Assembly (NCBI GenBank): GCA_963825865.1 | Contig: CAWGVG010000056.1 | Coordinates: 1 to 34,096, forward strand | Length of the DNA: 34,096 bases | Origin: an uncultured Nitrososphaeraceae archaeon | GTDB taxonomy: Archaea; Thermoproteota; Nitrososphaeria; Nitrososphaerales; Nitrososphaeraceae | Direction of reading: 5' to 3' | Shown here: in pieces, positions 21,636-32,735 of the stretch | Position numbering within the stretch: the first letter of the stretch is position 1 | How the letters are laid out: the number at the start of each line of letters is the position of its first letter | Position numbers and translations under genes: made by a program | The notes under the pieces: model-generated | Told to the model about the DNA's origin: nothing | Database searches by the model: none | What the model saw: only the letters and a program-made list of their open reading frames with translations

Positions 21636-21857
21636 TTATTTTACGGTTGAAAGCTCAATTATTGCTGTTAGATCATAGCCTAACTTTTCATGATCTAATA
21701 CCGTCGAATAGGATTTGATACTATGATTGTTCTCTAGCCTTTGCATTCTTGTAAGAACAGTAGGCGGCGAGACACCAATCTCTTCTGCTATTTTTCTATA
21801 TGACAATCGAGCGTCTGATAATACTTGTTTAAGTATTTTAACATCTGTGTCATCCAT
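21636..21857 (-). pseudogene. Lrp/AsnC family regulator, C-terminally truncated at the transposase junction
   Basis: MDDTDVKILKQVLSDARLSYRKIAEEIGVSPPTVLTRMQRLE...LDHEKLGYDLTAII. Confidence 0.9.
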
Positions 21858-22002
21858 ATCAAATATATTAACGATTAACTAACTAACAAATAAAAGTCAT
21901 TCTAAAAAAAGCTTTATTATTGAATATTAAGAAGACAGTATAAATCATTATATTTTTATTCTAAACCATTTATAGTGATTTTGTCATTCAATCAATATGA
22001 CA

Positions 22003-22427
22003 TTACATCAGAGGTGTCTTTGTCCTCCGCTAGCATCATTGACATACCAAACAGACCTTATATGGGATAAATCAAAAGGAAATTTGTTCGATTCCTTAAT
22101 CTTTTTTTGATAGATGATAATAACTTATTTCTTTAGTGCATGCGCGACGCCAAGCTCATACATAACCTTGGGATTATACCTTGTAACATCTGCAATTAAA
22201 AATCGTGCTTTACATATACCTTCTAATATGTCTCCGATAATGGTATTGCTTGTCATAAAATCAGCTGCTACTTCACATCTTAAACCCTTTGACTCAACAG
22301 TAGGTTTAACAATAGTTTCAAAGATATTTGTTAGATCTTGATCAAATGGCATAATAACGAAAACTAATCTTTGATCCATATCCTTAGATAAGCAATCAAA
22401 TAATCCACGAAAATTAATATTATTCAT
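22003..22427 (-). pseudogene. Nucleoside 2-deoxyribosyltransferase-like / TIR-like domain protein with in-frame stop
   Basis: VFVIMPF...IIGDILEGICKARFLIADVTRYNPKVMYELGVAHALKK*VIII...FPFDLSHIRSVWY; homology continues past the TAA at 22125. Confidence 0.8.
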
Positions 22428-22608
22428 ATTTTCATAATTCAGAAAAAACTAATGATAAAGAAAATATCATAAAGGAATTTGAAGTGATTCGAGAAGCGCA
22501 ATCATACCAGCAACTACGCTCGCTAGGAACGAAGTCGCGAAGACTATTACCATTATTCTTGTCTAAGGTTATCATAACAAGGTGAAATCAACTATAATAT
22601 TAAACACT

Positions 22609-22698
22609 TTACTCTTGGACTTTGGGTAAGGTTGTTGTTGTTGGTATCATCTTATTACTTGTAGCACCTTTGTCATCTGTAACTGTGAGAGAAAACAT
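22609..22698 (-). pseudogene. PKD/Ig-like domain shard
   Basis: FSLTVTDDKGATS motif only. Confidence 0.4.
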
Positions 22699-22779
22699 AA
22701 ACCCCCATCACTCAGAATCCTTTTCTGAGAAAACTTAATATTGTATATATCATAAGTCAGATTTTGAGAAAGTTCATTA

Positions 22780-23686
22780 AAAGTTATCTAACCTCGATAG
22801 CACTAGCCTTAGTAATAATATTAACCCTTTTGTCAATTCTAAATGCAACTACTTCTTTACCTAAACAAGCATTTGCAATTTCTTTTGACGAGATAAAAGC
22901 GAGCAATACGATTAGATCATGATCTGTATGATTTGCTCAAAGCTGTTATACCTGATGAGGGTAAAACAGCGGATAGTAAAGGCTTAGATCTTGTAAAATT
23001 AGGGCAATACAATCAATCTATTGGTTACTTTGATAAGGCTTTAGAAATAGATTCTAATGATATTCTAGCATTAACGGCAAAAGGTCAATCTCTATCTTTT
23101 TTAGGTAAAGACAATGAAGCTAATACATATCTTGATAAAGCTTTAGCTATAGTAAGCTATGGTCATACAGATTCTAATAACATTACAGTGTTGAATATAA
23201 AAGGAGAAGTCCTTCTGCTCTCAGCTCTTGATGGTCTTGGACGGTACAGAAGAAGCTATACAATATTTTGACAAGGTACTAGTTATAGATGCTAACAATG
23301 ATTTTGCTCTCTCTCTGAAGGGTAATGCCCTCCTCCAGTTAGCAAAATATAGCGAAGCTATTACTTACTATGATAAAGCTTTAGCTATAGATCCTAACAA
23401 TTCTTTAGCATTGAGTGACAAAGGACTAGCAGTTGCTAACTTAGGCAATTATACTCTTAACGGATTAGGAAAATACAATGAAGCTATTACTTACTATGAT
23501 AAAGCTTTAGCTATAGATCCTAACGATGTTTTCACATTAACTAATAAAGGTGCTGCTCTTAACGGATTAGGAAAATACAATGAAGCTATTACTTACTATG
23601 ATAAAGCTTTAGCTATAGATCCTAACAATTCTTTAGCATTGAAAAATAAAAATATAACGTTCAATACTGAAAGGTCCCTGCATTGA
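22780..23686 (+). CDS. Secreted TPR-repeat protein, frameshifted; start approximate
   Basis: Signal-like LIALALVIILTLLSILNATTSLPKQAFA, then repeated YNEAITYYDKALAIDPN; near-identical DNA repeats at about 23454-23524 and 23556-23626. Confidence 0.85.
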
Positions 23687-23779
23687 TGTAATAATTCCTA
23701 TTTACGTTCCAAGAATCATTCTCACTTAGTAAACTTTGAAAGCTGCTTTGTGGTATAGATCATCATATTAAGATCTCTG

Positions 23780-24242
23780 GTTTTATTCCCTGGTAACAGC
23801 TGACCCGGTCAAAAACCGAGAGATAGAGAAGCAAATACACCAGCTATACAGGACCAAAGATCCTAAAGGCGAGTGGCTATTTTACAACGTGATGCTGTTG
23901 GAAAATGATTGGAAGGATAACAGGAAAGATTTTGCGTACATCGAAGGCTGAATCGAGGGAATACCCATATTTACGAAGGAGGTAGAGCCATCGACTGGCG
24001 CGATTATTACAGGGACCACACAGGTTTTAGAGATACAGAAGCCGATTCACACTATCAAATTCTCAAAAGAGAAAGTTAACGAGCTATCAAAGTATTTCAC
24101 GCACCTTCTATCACTTATAGTAGAGGATAAGACGGTAGGAGGCAGGAAGTACTCGTGTAGCAATCTTGAGGAGTTTCGAGATATGAGTTATGACGAGCTG
24201 GTAAATCTGAAGACAGGATTCACAGAGTACATGGAGAAATAA
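23780..24242 (+). pseudogene. Hypothetical protein with one in-frame stop
   Basis: Long frame FYSLVTADPVKNREIEKQIHQLYRTKDPKGEWLFYNV...IEG*IEGIPIF...FRDMSYDELVNLKTG; GC-richer than flanks. Confidence 0.5.
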
Positions 24243-24393
24243 AAAAGAAAAAGCAGGAAGAGGAGGATCCAGTATGAAGATATAATACATGCCAAAGTTT
24301 AACAGCATTTAAAAAATACCAAACGAATATTATAAAAAAGAAGAGAAGGTGATGCTATTTACATTAAGAAATATCCTTACCTGCTTCTACTTC

Positions 24394-24927
24394 TTATGAA
24401 CAGCCATAAGGGCCAGCGTTATAAGTATCGGGTCCAGATACAATACAATGTGGATCCATTCTCATGGCAAATACTTTTTGAATAGTACTACCATTAGGCG
24501 TGGTTACAAAAGCAATTTCGCTTATTGTTGCTAACGCTGCTAATGCTAGTACTAGACTCAATACCACATATTTTGTTTTTTTGTTGATTTCTTTTGACCT
24601 CGTGTTATCCTTTTCCAAGGATAACTTCATTTCTGTCAAAAGTTTTATTGCTTTGACATAATTGCGGATTGTAGATCCTGTGATTTCCTTTCTGTCAACA
24701 CGCTCTTTTTGAACTAGTAAGAAGTTTATTATGCTCCTGAAGGCCCAGTCATTATCCTTCTTTGCATTTTGTACGAAAACTCGGCAGCGTTCTTCTATAT
24801 TAGTACCTTCAATTCCAATAAAAGAGAAGAACCTATCAAGCCTTGTGGTATATCTATCTCTGGTTACTGGAGAATTCATCGCGTACTTAAATATTGAATA
24901 GGGATCTAGGCATTCTTGTTCCATCAA
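24394..24927 (-). pseudogene. Tyrosine integrase N-terminal domain fused in frame to the start of a small secreted protein
   Basis: DPYSIFKYAMNSPVTRDRYTTRLDRFF...QKERVDRKEITGSTIRNYVKAIKLL, then switches to KKTKYVVLSLVLALAALATI...QKVFAM; no catalytic RHRY domain. Confidence 0.8.
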
Positions 24928-24972
24928 TTCTTTTTGTTTTCACCATATTGTTTGTGAAACCCACTAAAAAGG

Positions 24973-25013
24973 AGTGGGCCCAAGGGGTTAGGTCCCTGCA
25001 TGCAAAGGGGTTC
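24973..25013 (-). other. Degenerate tRNA 3'-end/att-like site upstream of integrase remnant
   Basis: Minus strand GAACCCCTTTGCATGCAGGGACCTAACCCCTTGGGCCCA; ends like an archaeal tRNA acceptor strand. Confidence 0.4.
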
Positions 25014-25634
25014 AATAGTCTAACGTATTAAGATTATTTTTCTTTCTCTAGAATAGATCAAATCATTTGATCCTGTTGAATCTTTAGGTGTTATTTCAGT
25101 TGATTAAAAACAGTTGAATTTTTTTCTAGCACAGCTACAACCTAAATAAATTAAGGTCTTTATCAGTTATACTAGGGAAGATTCTGATGCAGTAATAAGG
25201 CTTCATAAGAACATATCGAAGGTAGTTGATATTGGTAAGCTTTCCCCTATCGAGTAAATACCCGGACCCAATGTAACTAGAGTGCCACTTTCACTTCTGC
25301 TAATTTACTGACCATATCGGAAATTTTTGAATTCAAAGTTTATTGATACGAGTTCAACTAATTTTTTGCTACCTACTTAGTTTATACTATGCCCATCAAA
25401 CCTTTTAGAATGTCAACTTTATCGCTTTTCTTATCTGCTCTCTCTGGTCCTTGCGCTTAAATGTTACAATATACTTCTTTGTTAGTGGATTTATCTTTAA
25501 ATCTCCATTCGTTCTCTCTGATAATACCTAGAGTAATCGAAAAAGAAAGAAAGCTATATCTTTTTCTATTATTATACTTCTTCAAAAAGAAAAAGTTGGA
25601 TATATATATGCGTTCTTTTGAAGCTTTTCGCTAT

Positions 25635-26054
25635 TCACGATGCTAAATGTGCACAAATCACGGTCGCTAGGAAGTCTGCTGGTTCTGGAGTAGTATTCTT
25701 GGCATCTACTACCCAACCCGCTGGTCCACCATTAGAATCTATAATTGCGATTGGCTTGTAGTCTTTGATGTGAAATCCTCCTCCGGTTGCAACAGTACCT
25801 TGCGGACAATATACTGCATTTTGTCCAGATTGTCCTGGTTGAAGTGTAGTATATTTGCCAGTCGATATGGCGTCTATTTGGATATGTATATTACGTATAG
25901 GCGCCCCAGGGTTGACACTGATAGCAAATGCCGAGTGTTGGTCTAGCGTTCCTATTGCTGTTCCAATAGCAAAAGTTACTGCTAGGCCAATAGCTAATGG
26001 AGAGAGTTTTGGGTGTACTGATATTCCGTTTAGAAGTTTTTGCTTTATTGACAT
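25635..26054 (-). CDS. Small secreted protein with C-terminal CP.G..ATGGGF...W...ICA beta domain
   Basis: Signal-like segment ending DQHSAFA; AVYCPQGTVATGGGF...GWVVDAKN...ATVICA. Confidence 0.8.
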   Translation of the reverse strand: MSIKQKLLNGISVHPKLSPLAIGLAVTFAIGTAIGTLDQHSAFAISVNPGAPIRNIHIQIDAISTGKYTTLQPGQSGQNAVYCPQGTVATGGGFHIKDYKPIAIIDSNGGPAGWVVDAKNTTPEPADFLATVICAHLAS

Positions 26055-26440
26055 CTTCTAGGAACGAGGAACACTACACAGTATATGAAATTATATGGAC
26101 AATGATTATGATTTTTCAGCTGGTAATTAGAAAGTTAAGCAATATACATACATACATGGATCTATCAACGTATTTTGTTCGCGATAGTCAATTTGTGAAT
26201 TGCCACCACTGCTCATGCAATAATTGATGTGTTGGTGATTGGAAACAATGTCGCTTATACGCAATAGAGTTACATTGATGAAAGGCGAGTCTGCAAATTG
26301 ACCCTCTATGCCGCATTCTGTGCATTCAACTACAACGGGATAATGATATCCTAACAATGCAACATTAAACTGATGCGCTATATTGCGCATCGAGGATTCG
26401 TTGAAACAGAGTAAGATATGAGTTAAATTGTGACGACAGA

Positions 26441-27710
26441 AATATGCTAATACGTACAGGCGAAATTGTGAAATCTAAGTAAGCTTTGATGTATCCTGGC
26501 TAGCAATAGCACTCCTCCTCTTGGTTTTGGAACATCTCTATTAGTTGTGGTGATATTTCTATACAAACTGAATATCCGGCTGATAGATATGGGAAAATGA
26601 TTCTGTAAGCATTTGCTATCTATTACAACTTCTTTTTTAAACTTGTATTTTCTAAATTTTTAACGTTCTCATTTTTGATAAGGACTATTTGAAAGCAAAT
26701 AAATGGCAACAAGCATATCATTGTGGTAAGACAGTAACAGCTTTACAAATTGTCACGTTATAGTTAGATATATAGTTGCCATGTAATTTTCTATACTAGC
26801 CTAGTCTTAATCCAGATATTTTCAAAGAAACTGGCAGAGCACTGGTCCCAAACCTTCGCCCAGGATCGAAGATTCGTTAAAACAATCCAAGATAGGTGTG
26901 AAGTTGTGACTGCAGAAATATGTTAATACTAACGCGCACACACACATAGACGAATTGTTAAAAGCTAAGTATCATATCTTATTCTCACTAGTACAGATCC
27001 TTTAGGCTTTGGAATAGCTCTGTTATCTATATGGTGATATTCCCATAACAACCTGAATATACAGCTGATAATGACAGGAACATGATTATGCAAGCATTTG
27101 CTATCTATTACAACTTGTTTTTTAAACCTGTATTTTCTAAATTTCCGTTATTCATCGGATTTGGTAAGGACCCAAAAGAGGTATTGTATGGTATTAGATG
27201 ATAACAAGACGGATCTAAAAACAGTATATTTTATATCCATTCATCCATGCGTTATATGAAGCATAGGTCTAGCTATTTGATAACGATCATGTAAAAAAAA
27301 TGGGACCATATAGAGGGGTATTACAAAAATTAGCTGTAGTACTTCCAGAATAACTATTCCAAGCAATATTCGAAAGCTTCAGCAATTCGCCAATCATTCC
27401 ATTGTCTCCTTATATTGACTTTCATTTGGTCTTGACCTTCTATTGCTTTTAACTTGCTCTTTGTCATTTGGGCCGGAATTCCCTACTATTGTTACTAATC
27501 CTTGTGTAGACTTCTTTTGTACATCCGATAGTTCCGATCTATCCTCTCGCTTGCTATATCATTAATGGAGTATTTGGTTAGAAACTGACTAATGATGGCT
27601 GATATATGTTAACCACCTACACAGGCATAGACGAATTGGTAAAAGCCACATATATTGACTTTTTAGAATATGAAAAAGTCCTCATTGTTCAATATTCCAT
27701 AACTCCGAAT
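26441..27710. repeat. Diverged direct repeats: 26441-26685, 26917-27171 and partial 27604-27710
   Basis: Copies 1 and 2 share AAGCATTTGCTATCTATTACAACTT.TTTTTTAAAC.TGTATTTTCTAAATTT; copies 2 and 3 share CATAGACGAATTG.TAAAAGC. Confidence 0.8.
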
Positions 27711-27949
27711 AGCTCTTTTCCTTACTCTGTCATCTTATCGGGATCGATTAAGTGACCGTCAGGAAACAATCTTCTGACAAGTGCATCCGCATACTCTTGG
27801 TTTGGATACTCTTCGCATTACTACTATTAGTAATTTCTATACATTACTCTGTATCCTTTGAACTGTATAAGTTTGTAATGGTAACTATTCTAAATATAAC
27901 ATACGTTAAACGTTAAGAATACAATTTGACAACTTTTCATTTTTCTGCC

Positions 27950-28072
27950 ATAATGATTGTTAAAATACACCCTTAGAATTTTGGTCTCTTTTTTGACCTG
28001 TTCTACTTTTTCAACCCATGGTTTTAGTTCTTCTTTTGTATACAGGTAATTATACCAATAATGACCTTTCAT
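27950..28072 (-). pseudogene. DUF72 (YecE-like) C-terminal fragment
   Basis: WYNYLYTKEELKPWVEKV...LRVYFNNHYG. Confidence 0.85.
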
Positions 28073-28176
28073 GTCTTGTATTCTATATTTTCTTTCAGGA
28101 TGCGGTGGTATATCAATGTCAACTTTGTCCTAACATTTGATAATACTAATTTTAATCCCAGTGGTGATTTACCATA

Positions 28177-28485
28177 TTGCATCATTTGATTACAATACGC
28201 CAGGATTTGAATGCAATCACTTCAATATTGTACCAGACTTTCGAAATACCTCCATTTAAAAGGGACTATGATGCTGCATTTGGAGAAATTACCGCTATCC
28301 TATACCGTTATGGAATTATGGAAAATCCAAGAAATTTACGTTATAGATTTACTTTGTGTATGCAAGAGTTTTTTGATTCTATTCCTCAAGATCAGTGGAG
28401 GACAAGTGATCCTACTTTTATCAAGCAATCTGAAGAATTTGCAATTACAAAATTCAAAGACTGGGTAATAGAACAGATTACATAA
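28177..28485 (+). CDS. Hypothetical protein
   Basis: 102-aa ORF, globular composition, no recognised motif. Confidence 0.5.
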   Translation: MHHLITIRQDLNAITSILYQTFEIPPFKRDYDAAFGEITAILYRYGIMENPRNLRYRFTLCMQEFFDSIPQDQWRTSDPTFIKQSEEFAITKFKDWVIEQIT

Positions 28486-28734
28486 ATGGCAATAATTGGA
28501 TAATAATAATAAAACATGATTGTATTTGCAACACCTTAAACTTTTTGAAATGATCATTTGGTAAAAATAATGGCTAGAAAATTAACTCTCTCAAGTGAAT
28601 GTTGTGTGAGCATTATAATGAAACATGATCTCAAAAGACATTTTCAGAAACTTTAGAGTCTATGTTCTCTGCTATGCGTAATAATAGCAGAGAATGTGTG
28701 TCTTTTGCTTTCTTTGTAGTTACTTCTTTTTTTT

Positions 28735-29283
28735 CTACTGACAGAAAGTTTTCGTAGTGTCTCTTGATGCTTGCTCCAATGTTTTTGTGCTGTTAACGCC
28801 TATTCTAGAAAATTCCTTTACATTATCTCTTGCAGTTTGAACAGACGTCTTGAATGCTCCTAGGTTTGCAAACACAGCATTGTTTACTAATTTAGTTACC
28901 GCAATTGTATTATCTGCAAAAGCGTTAACTAATCTTGCGTAGTGTTCAGTCACATATCTTGGAGATGTCCAATTTGATGTAACTGCTCTATTTGCTGCGT
29001 CTATCTGTGGTACGAATGCTGACTGATTGAATTGATAATTTCCCTTTGACATTCTAAGTAGTTATCTGCCATCTGTCTGGCTGCTTGAATAGTTTCCTCT
29101 TGATACTCGTTGACAATCTGAGTATAACGTGGGATATCTTTCCTTGCTTCATCTGTTGTTCTTCTGATGTTGTTCTTGGTTTCATCTAATGCTTTATTGA
29201 TATCTTTTTGCTGGTACTTGTTGTTGTTGTGATATTGTTACTTCTTCTTGTTCTTGTCTTCTTTGATCTTTAGTTGTTGACAT
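28735..29283 (-). CDS. Amphipathic-helical conserved thaumarchaeal protein (phasin-like), frameshifted
   Basis: MSTTKDQRR / INKALDETKNNIRRTTDEARKDIPRYTQIVNEYQEETIQAARQMADNYLE / SAFVPQ...FADNTIAVTKLVNNAVFANL. Confidence 0.7.
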
Positions 29284-29295
29284 ATTTATCCCTAT

Positions 29296-29313
29296 TATAT
29301 ATATATATATATA
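29296..29313. repeat. (TA)9 microsatellite
   Basis: TATATATATATATATATA, 12 bp upstream of the ATG at 29283. Confidence 0.9.
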
Positions 29314-30159
29314 GTATTGAGTATAAAGGAATGACCATAGAACAGTTCCTCTGCTATGTACTGACAGCAGCATCTTCTTTTTAGGTTCTAACTATTCACT
29401 ACTACCTTTACCATCAGATAATTCGTTATTAATTATTGGTAACAATAATCTTAAGAAGTAAATCTGATAGGAGAAAACATTTCTAGTAATTGCATAATCC
29501 CGATTGCATACAGTATGCTAATGATAGCATATCTAATAGAAATACTGGTTACATAAGTATTAGAACTTGTTTCATGTTGTATTGAAATACAGTAGTGTAT
29601 AGCCTTAGTTAGTTATTACATAACCAAAGCTTACAGACTGTAAAAATGCAATATGTTAACAAAACTTCGAGAGTATTTCAAAACAGACATAAATTTATTG
29701 CAATTCTTGGATTGATTCGGTTATGTTCTACTTTCAAAGAAGATCTTGTGTTTTGGTTTCAAATATAATTTATTGAACATTTCCACGCCTCCCCCCTTGT
29801 AACTTAAATTCCATCAATACACTGCTTGTATTAACGGCAATCCAATTTTGTGTCCTACTTCAATGTGAGCTGTAAGGTCTGTAAGAGAAGTAAAAACTCA
29901 TCATTATCATCATAATATCCTTTGAATGATTCAAAGACATTCTGTAAGATATTCTTTTTCATGTTAAATCCATGTCAATTTTTATTTCTTCCCCATCAAA
30001 GTATTTTTTGCTTGCATCTTTGAGTGCATTCTTTGCTGCACAAAAACAATTCTAGGTAGAGGGGAAAAGTATTTTCAAAAGTAAAATCATCTACTAGTTT
30101 AAGCATTTAAAGGATATGAATTGATTTTCATAAATGGAAGATCAGGATTTAAGAAACTA

Positions 30160-30495
30160 TTACTTGTAAGTGATGCATTTTCGTAGTGACTTATGCCCTA
30201 TGACAATGACAATGCAAGGATCTGATTTTGTAATATATGTTGGACCTGGCGTAATTGGTAATTGTATAGGAATAATATCCTTCCATTGACCATTTATCAA
30301 ATGTAAATCACTGTGACATAGGCCTGCGGCTCCTACTTTAACTAAAACTTGCTCCCCTGTGGATATTCTCGGTTTTGGAATATCATCGATAGATAGCGGT
30401 CTTTGGTATTCGTGAATCCTTGCAGAAAGAATAGTGGTAGCATTCTTTTCCTGATCCTTGTTGTTGCGGTCATAGATATCTCTCTCTTGTCCCAT
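30160..30495 (-). pseudogene. Zinc-binding alcohol dehydrogenase N-terminal fragment
   Basis: ARIHEYQRPLSIDDIPKP...VLVKVGAAGLCHSDLHLING...LPITPG; diverges exactly where the GHE motif is expected. Confidence 0.88.
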
Positions 30496-30554
30496 GATAA
30501 TACTCTAGGAATAATATTTAGTGACAACTATTTTTATGAATTCCCGATGTTATA

Positions 30555-30797
30555 ATGAGGAAATCTATTACAAAGATAGCTTCAGAATCAAACGATGATT
30601 ATTATGATTACACAATTGCAACATTGTGCGAGGCGCTCCTTCCTTTTATGCTTACAATTTGTTATTTACCGTCAGAAAGAAAAATTCAAGTTACTAAAGA
30701 TTTAGTTCTTGATGTAATTATGCCTGGTTTAGAAAGCTTGAGGAGAAAGCCTGACAAATCAAGAATATATATAAGAAAAACATCTATTTCAGTTTAA
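30555..30797 (+). CDS. Hypothetical protein
   Basis: 80-aa ORF only. Confidence 0.3.
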   Translation: MRKSITKIASESNDDYYDYTIATLCEALLPFMLTICYLPSERKIQVTKDLVLDVIMPGLESLRRKPDKSRIYIRKTSISV

Positions 30798-30925
30798 TAG
30801 AGTCGCTCAGGTTAATATGACGTAAAAAGTACCTGTAGCAAATCCTGAGTTCATTTTTGAACAATCCAGAAAAGCTCCCAACTTTGACAAAGGAGCTAGC
30901 AGACCTTCATAACATGTTTCCTTTT

Positions 30926-31582
30926 TTATTCTATCTTTATCTGCTTTCCTTTTGGTTTTGTCTGTTCTTTTTTCTTGAATGCTATTTCAAGTATTCCATT
31001 TTTATAAGTTGACGTCACTGTTTCAATATCTGTTTCAGGAGGTATTTCAATAACTTCATGATATTTTCTATCTGTGCCAGTAGTTGTTACTTCTAATGAA
31101 TTATCATAGACATTCACCTTGATATTCTCTTTGCTAACACCTGGCATTTCTACTACCACTTTTACCTCCTTATCTGTAGTTGTTACGTCTGCTAAAGGTT
31201 CCCGTTCAGATGATACAAGTGGCCTAGTGAAAAAGCCTCTGCTACTAAATGGTGATTTAACATTGCCAAATTCTCTTACTTTTGGTCTACCATCAGGGCC
31301 TATAGTCATAGAATAACCATAAACAAATGGCCCATATTCTCTTACTTTACCTCCAGTAGATGTTTCATATTCTTTTACGAGGTCTTTTGGTGCTTTACTC
31401 TCTATATCTTTAAACTGTTGTTCAAATTGTCTTTCCATTTCTTTTCTCATATCATCAAATCCCCTGAAAATATCAGGAAAACCAAAAAATCCTCCTCCTC
31501 TTCCGCCACTTCTGCTACCACCACCAAAGAATCTATTGAACCAATCAAATGGTTCTATGTCACGATCTTCTGCCGAACTCAT
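30926..31582 (-). CDS. hsp20: Archaeal small heat shock protein Hsp20
   Basis: GPFVYGYSMTIGPDGRPKVREFGNV, EREPLADV, VVVEMPGVSKENIKV, STYKNGILEI; intact. Confidence 0.97.
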   Translation of the reverse strand: MSSAEDRDIEPFDWFNRFFGGGSRSGGRGGGFFGFPDIFRGFDDMRKEMERQFEQQFKDIESKAPKDLVKEYETSTGGKVREYGPFVYGYSMTIGPDGRPKVREFGNVKSPFSSRGFFTRPLVSSEREPLADVTTTDKEVKVVVEMPGVSKENIKVNVYDNSLEVTTTGTDRKYHEVIEIPPETDIETVTSTYKNGILEIAFKKKEQTKPKGKQIKIE

Positions 31583-31750
31583 ATATTTCTCAACCTCCTA
31601 GTGCGGGATAGTATCTTAAAAATGTCGTGGCTAAGAATAGACAAAAAAGGGAGATCGCAGCAAAAAGACATTTGCTTCATTACATTTGACTAAATCAAGG
31701 GAACATATGACACTTAAACTAAATTCTATTCGGAGTATGATGTTAGAGCG

Positions 31751-31963
31751 TTGAGATATACTATTTTTGTCAAATTCGATTCAAGTGGAAAAATTGACGT
31801 TAATGGGAACGAAATAAGTGTATCATTGAGATTTAAGCCAGAAAGAAACAAAGCAAATATGGAACTCATAGAAAAGATAGCGGATTATTTTGGGACATCT
31901 AAAGACAAGATACATATTATTTCAGGTATAACTTCCACTAAAAAATTAGTTGATATCTACTAA
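31751..31963 (+). CDS. DUF167 (YggU-like) protein
   Basis: VSLRFKPERNKANMELIEKIADYFG...IHIISGITSTKKLVDI. Confidence 0.88.
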   Translation: MRYTIFVKFDSSGKIDVNGNEISVSLRFKPERNKANMELIEKIADYFGTSKDKIHIISGITSTKKLVDIY

Positions 31964-32735
31964 GGATATGGAAGGAAGTGTTGATGCTGATATTATCGCT
32001 ACAGCAAATGCAAGACCTATGATTATTGTTTGCATGTATTATCACAAGTAATTGCGAGTCTCTAGAAGAAATAAAAATTCGTGAACTTCTATCTCAAGGT
32101 TTATGATATTGTTGTTGTTCCTTTCCATTCTTCACTTCGAATTGCGCTAGAGCCTGGTATGACGCCATAAATCTTTTGTGATGGGTTATCATCAGGTGCT
32201 CCACAAGTTCATGGATATGAGGCCCTGGTGCTAGTATCTCGCATTTGCATTTTTTGCAGATATATTTACTCATTTTCTTCTTTCACTCAGGCTCGGAAAG
32301 AGAGATTTCTAATGGCGATTGTATATTTAGGAATTTAGGAAATTTGGAGAAAACTACCATGCATATTTTTTCTTTGCGGCATAGTCATAGTTTTCTGTTG
32401 CTCCCCCAGTCGTCTTCCATGTTAAACTCTAAGTGAATTGTGAATTTTGGATACGATTATTCTTCAATTGATAGTGTTACCAATCATTAGATTGACAATG
32501 AAATCGGAATATTTTTATAAATATGGTATATTTTATATTAATATTATTTAGATATCAATAGAACAAACAAATAAACAATAGATCAAATTATAAACATGTA
32601 ATCCCCATATGCTAATTTATGGAACGTAATAAACAGCCTTTACGAGACCATAATAGCAGCTTTAAGTTGGCAGTTACAATCATGATTGAAAAGCAAAGAT
32701 GTACCTCTAATCCTTTCAGGTAGGAGTTTATTTTT

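Noticed and set aside
24973-25013. Functional tRNA (Ala-TGC-like)
   Set aside because: No 5' half, D-arm or intact TTC T-loop; kept only as a degenerate remnant
29815-30050. Possible C2H2/TRASH zinc-finger traces on the minus strand
   Set aside because: Only partial motifs (LTAHIEVGH; CSKEC) among stop codons; insufficient support
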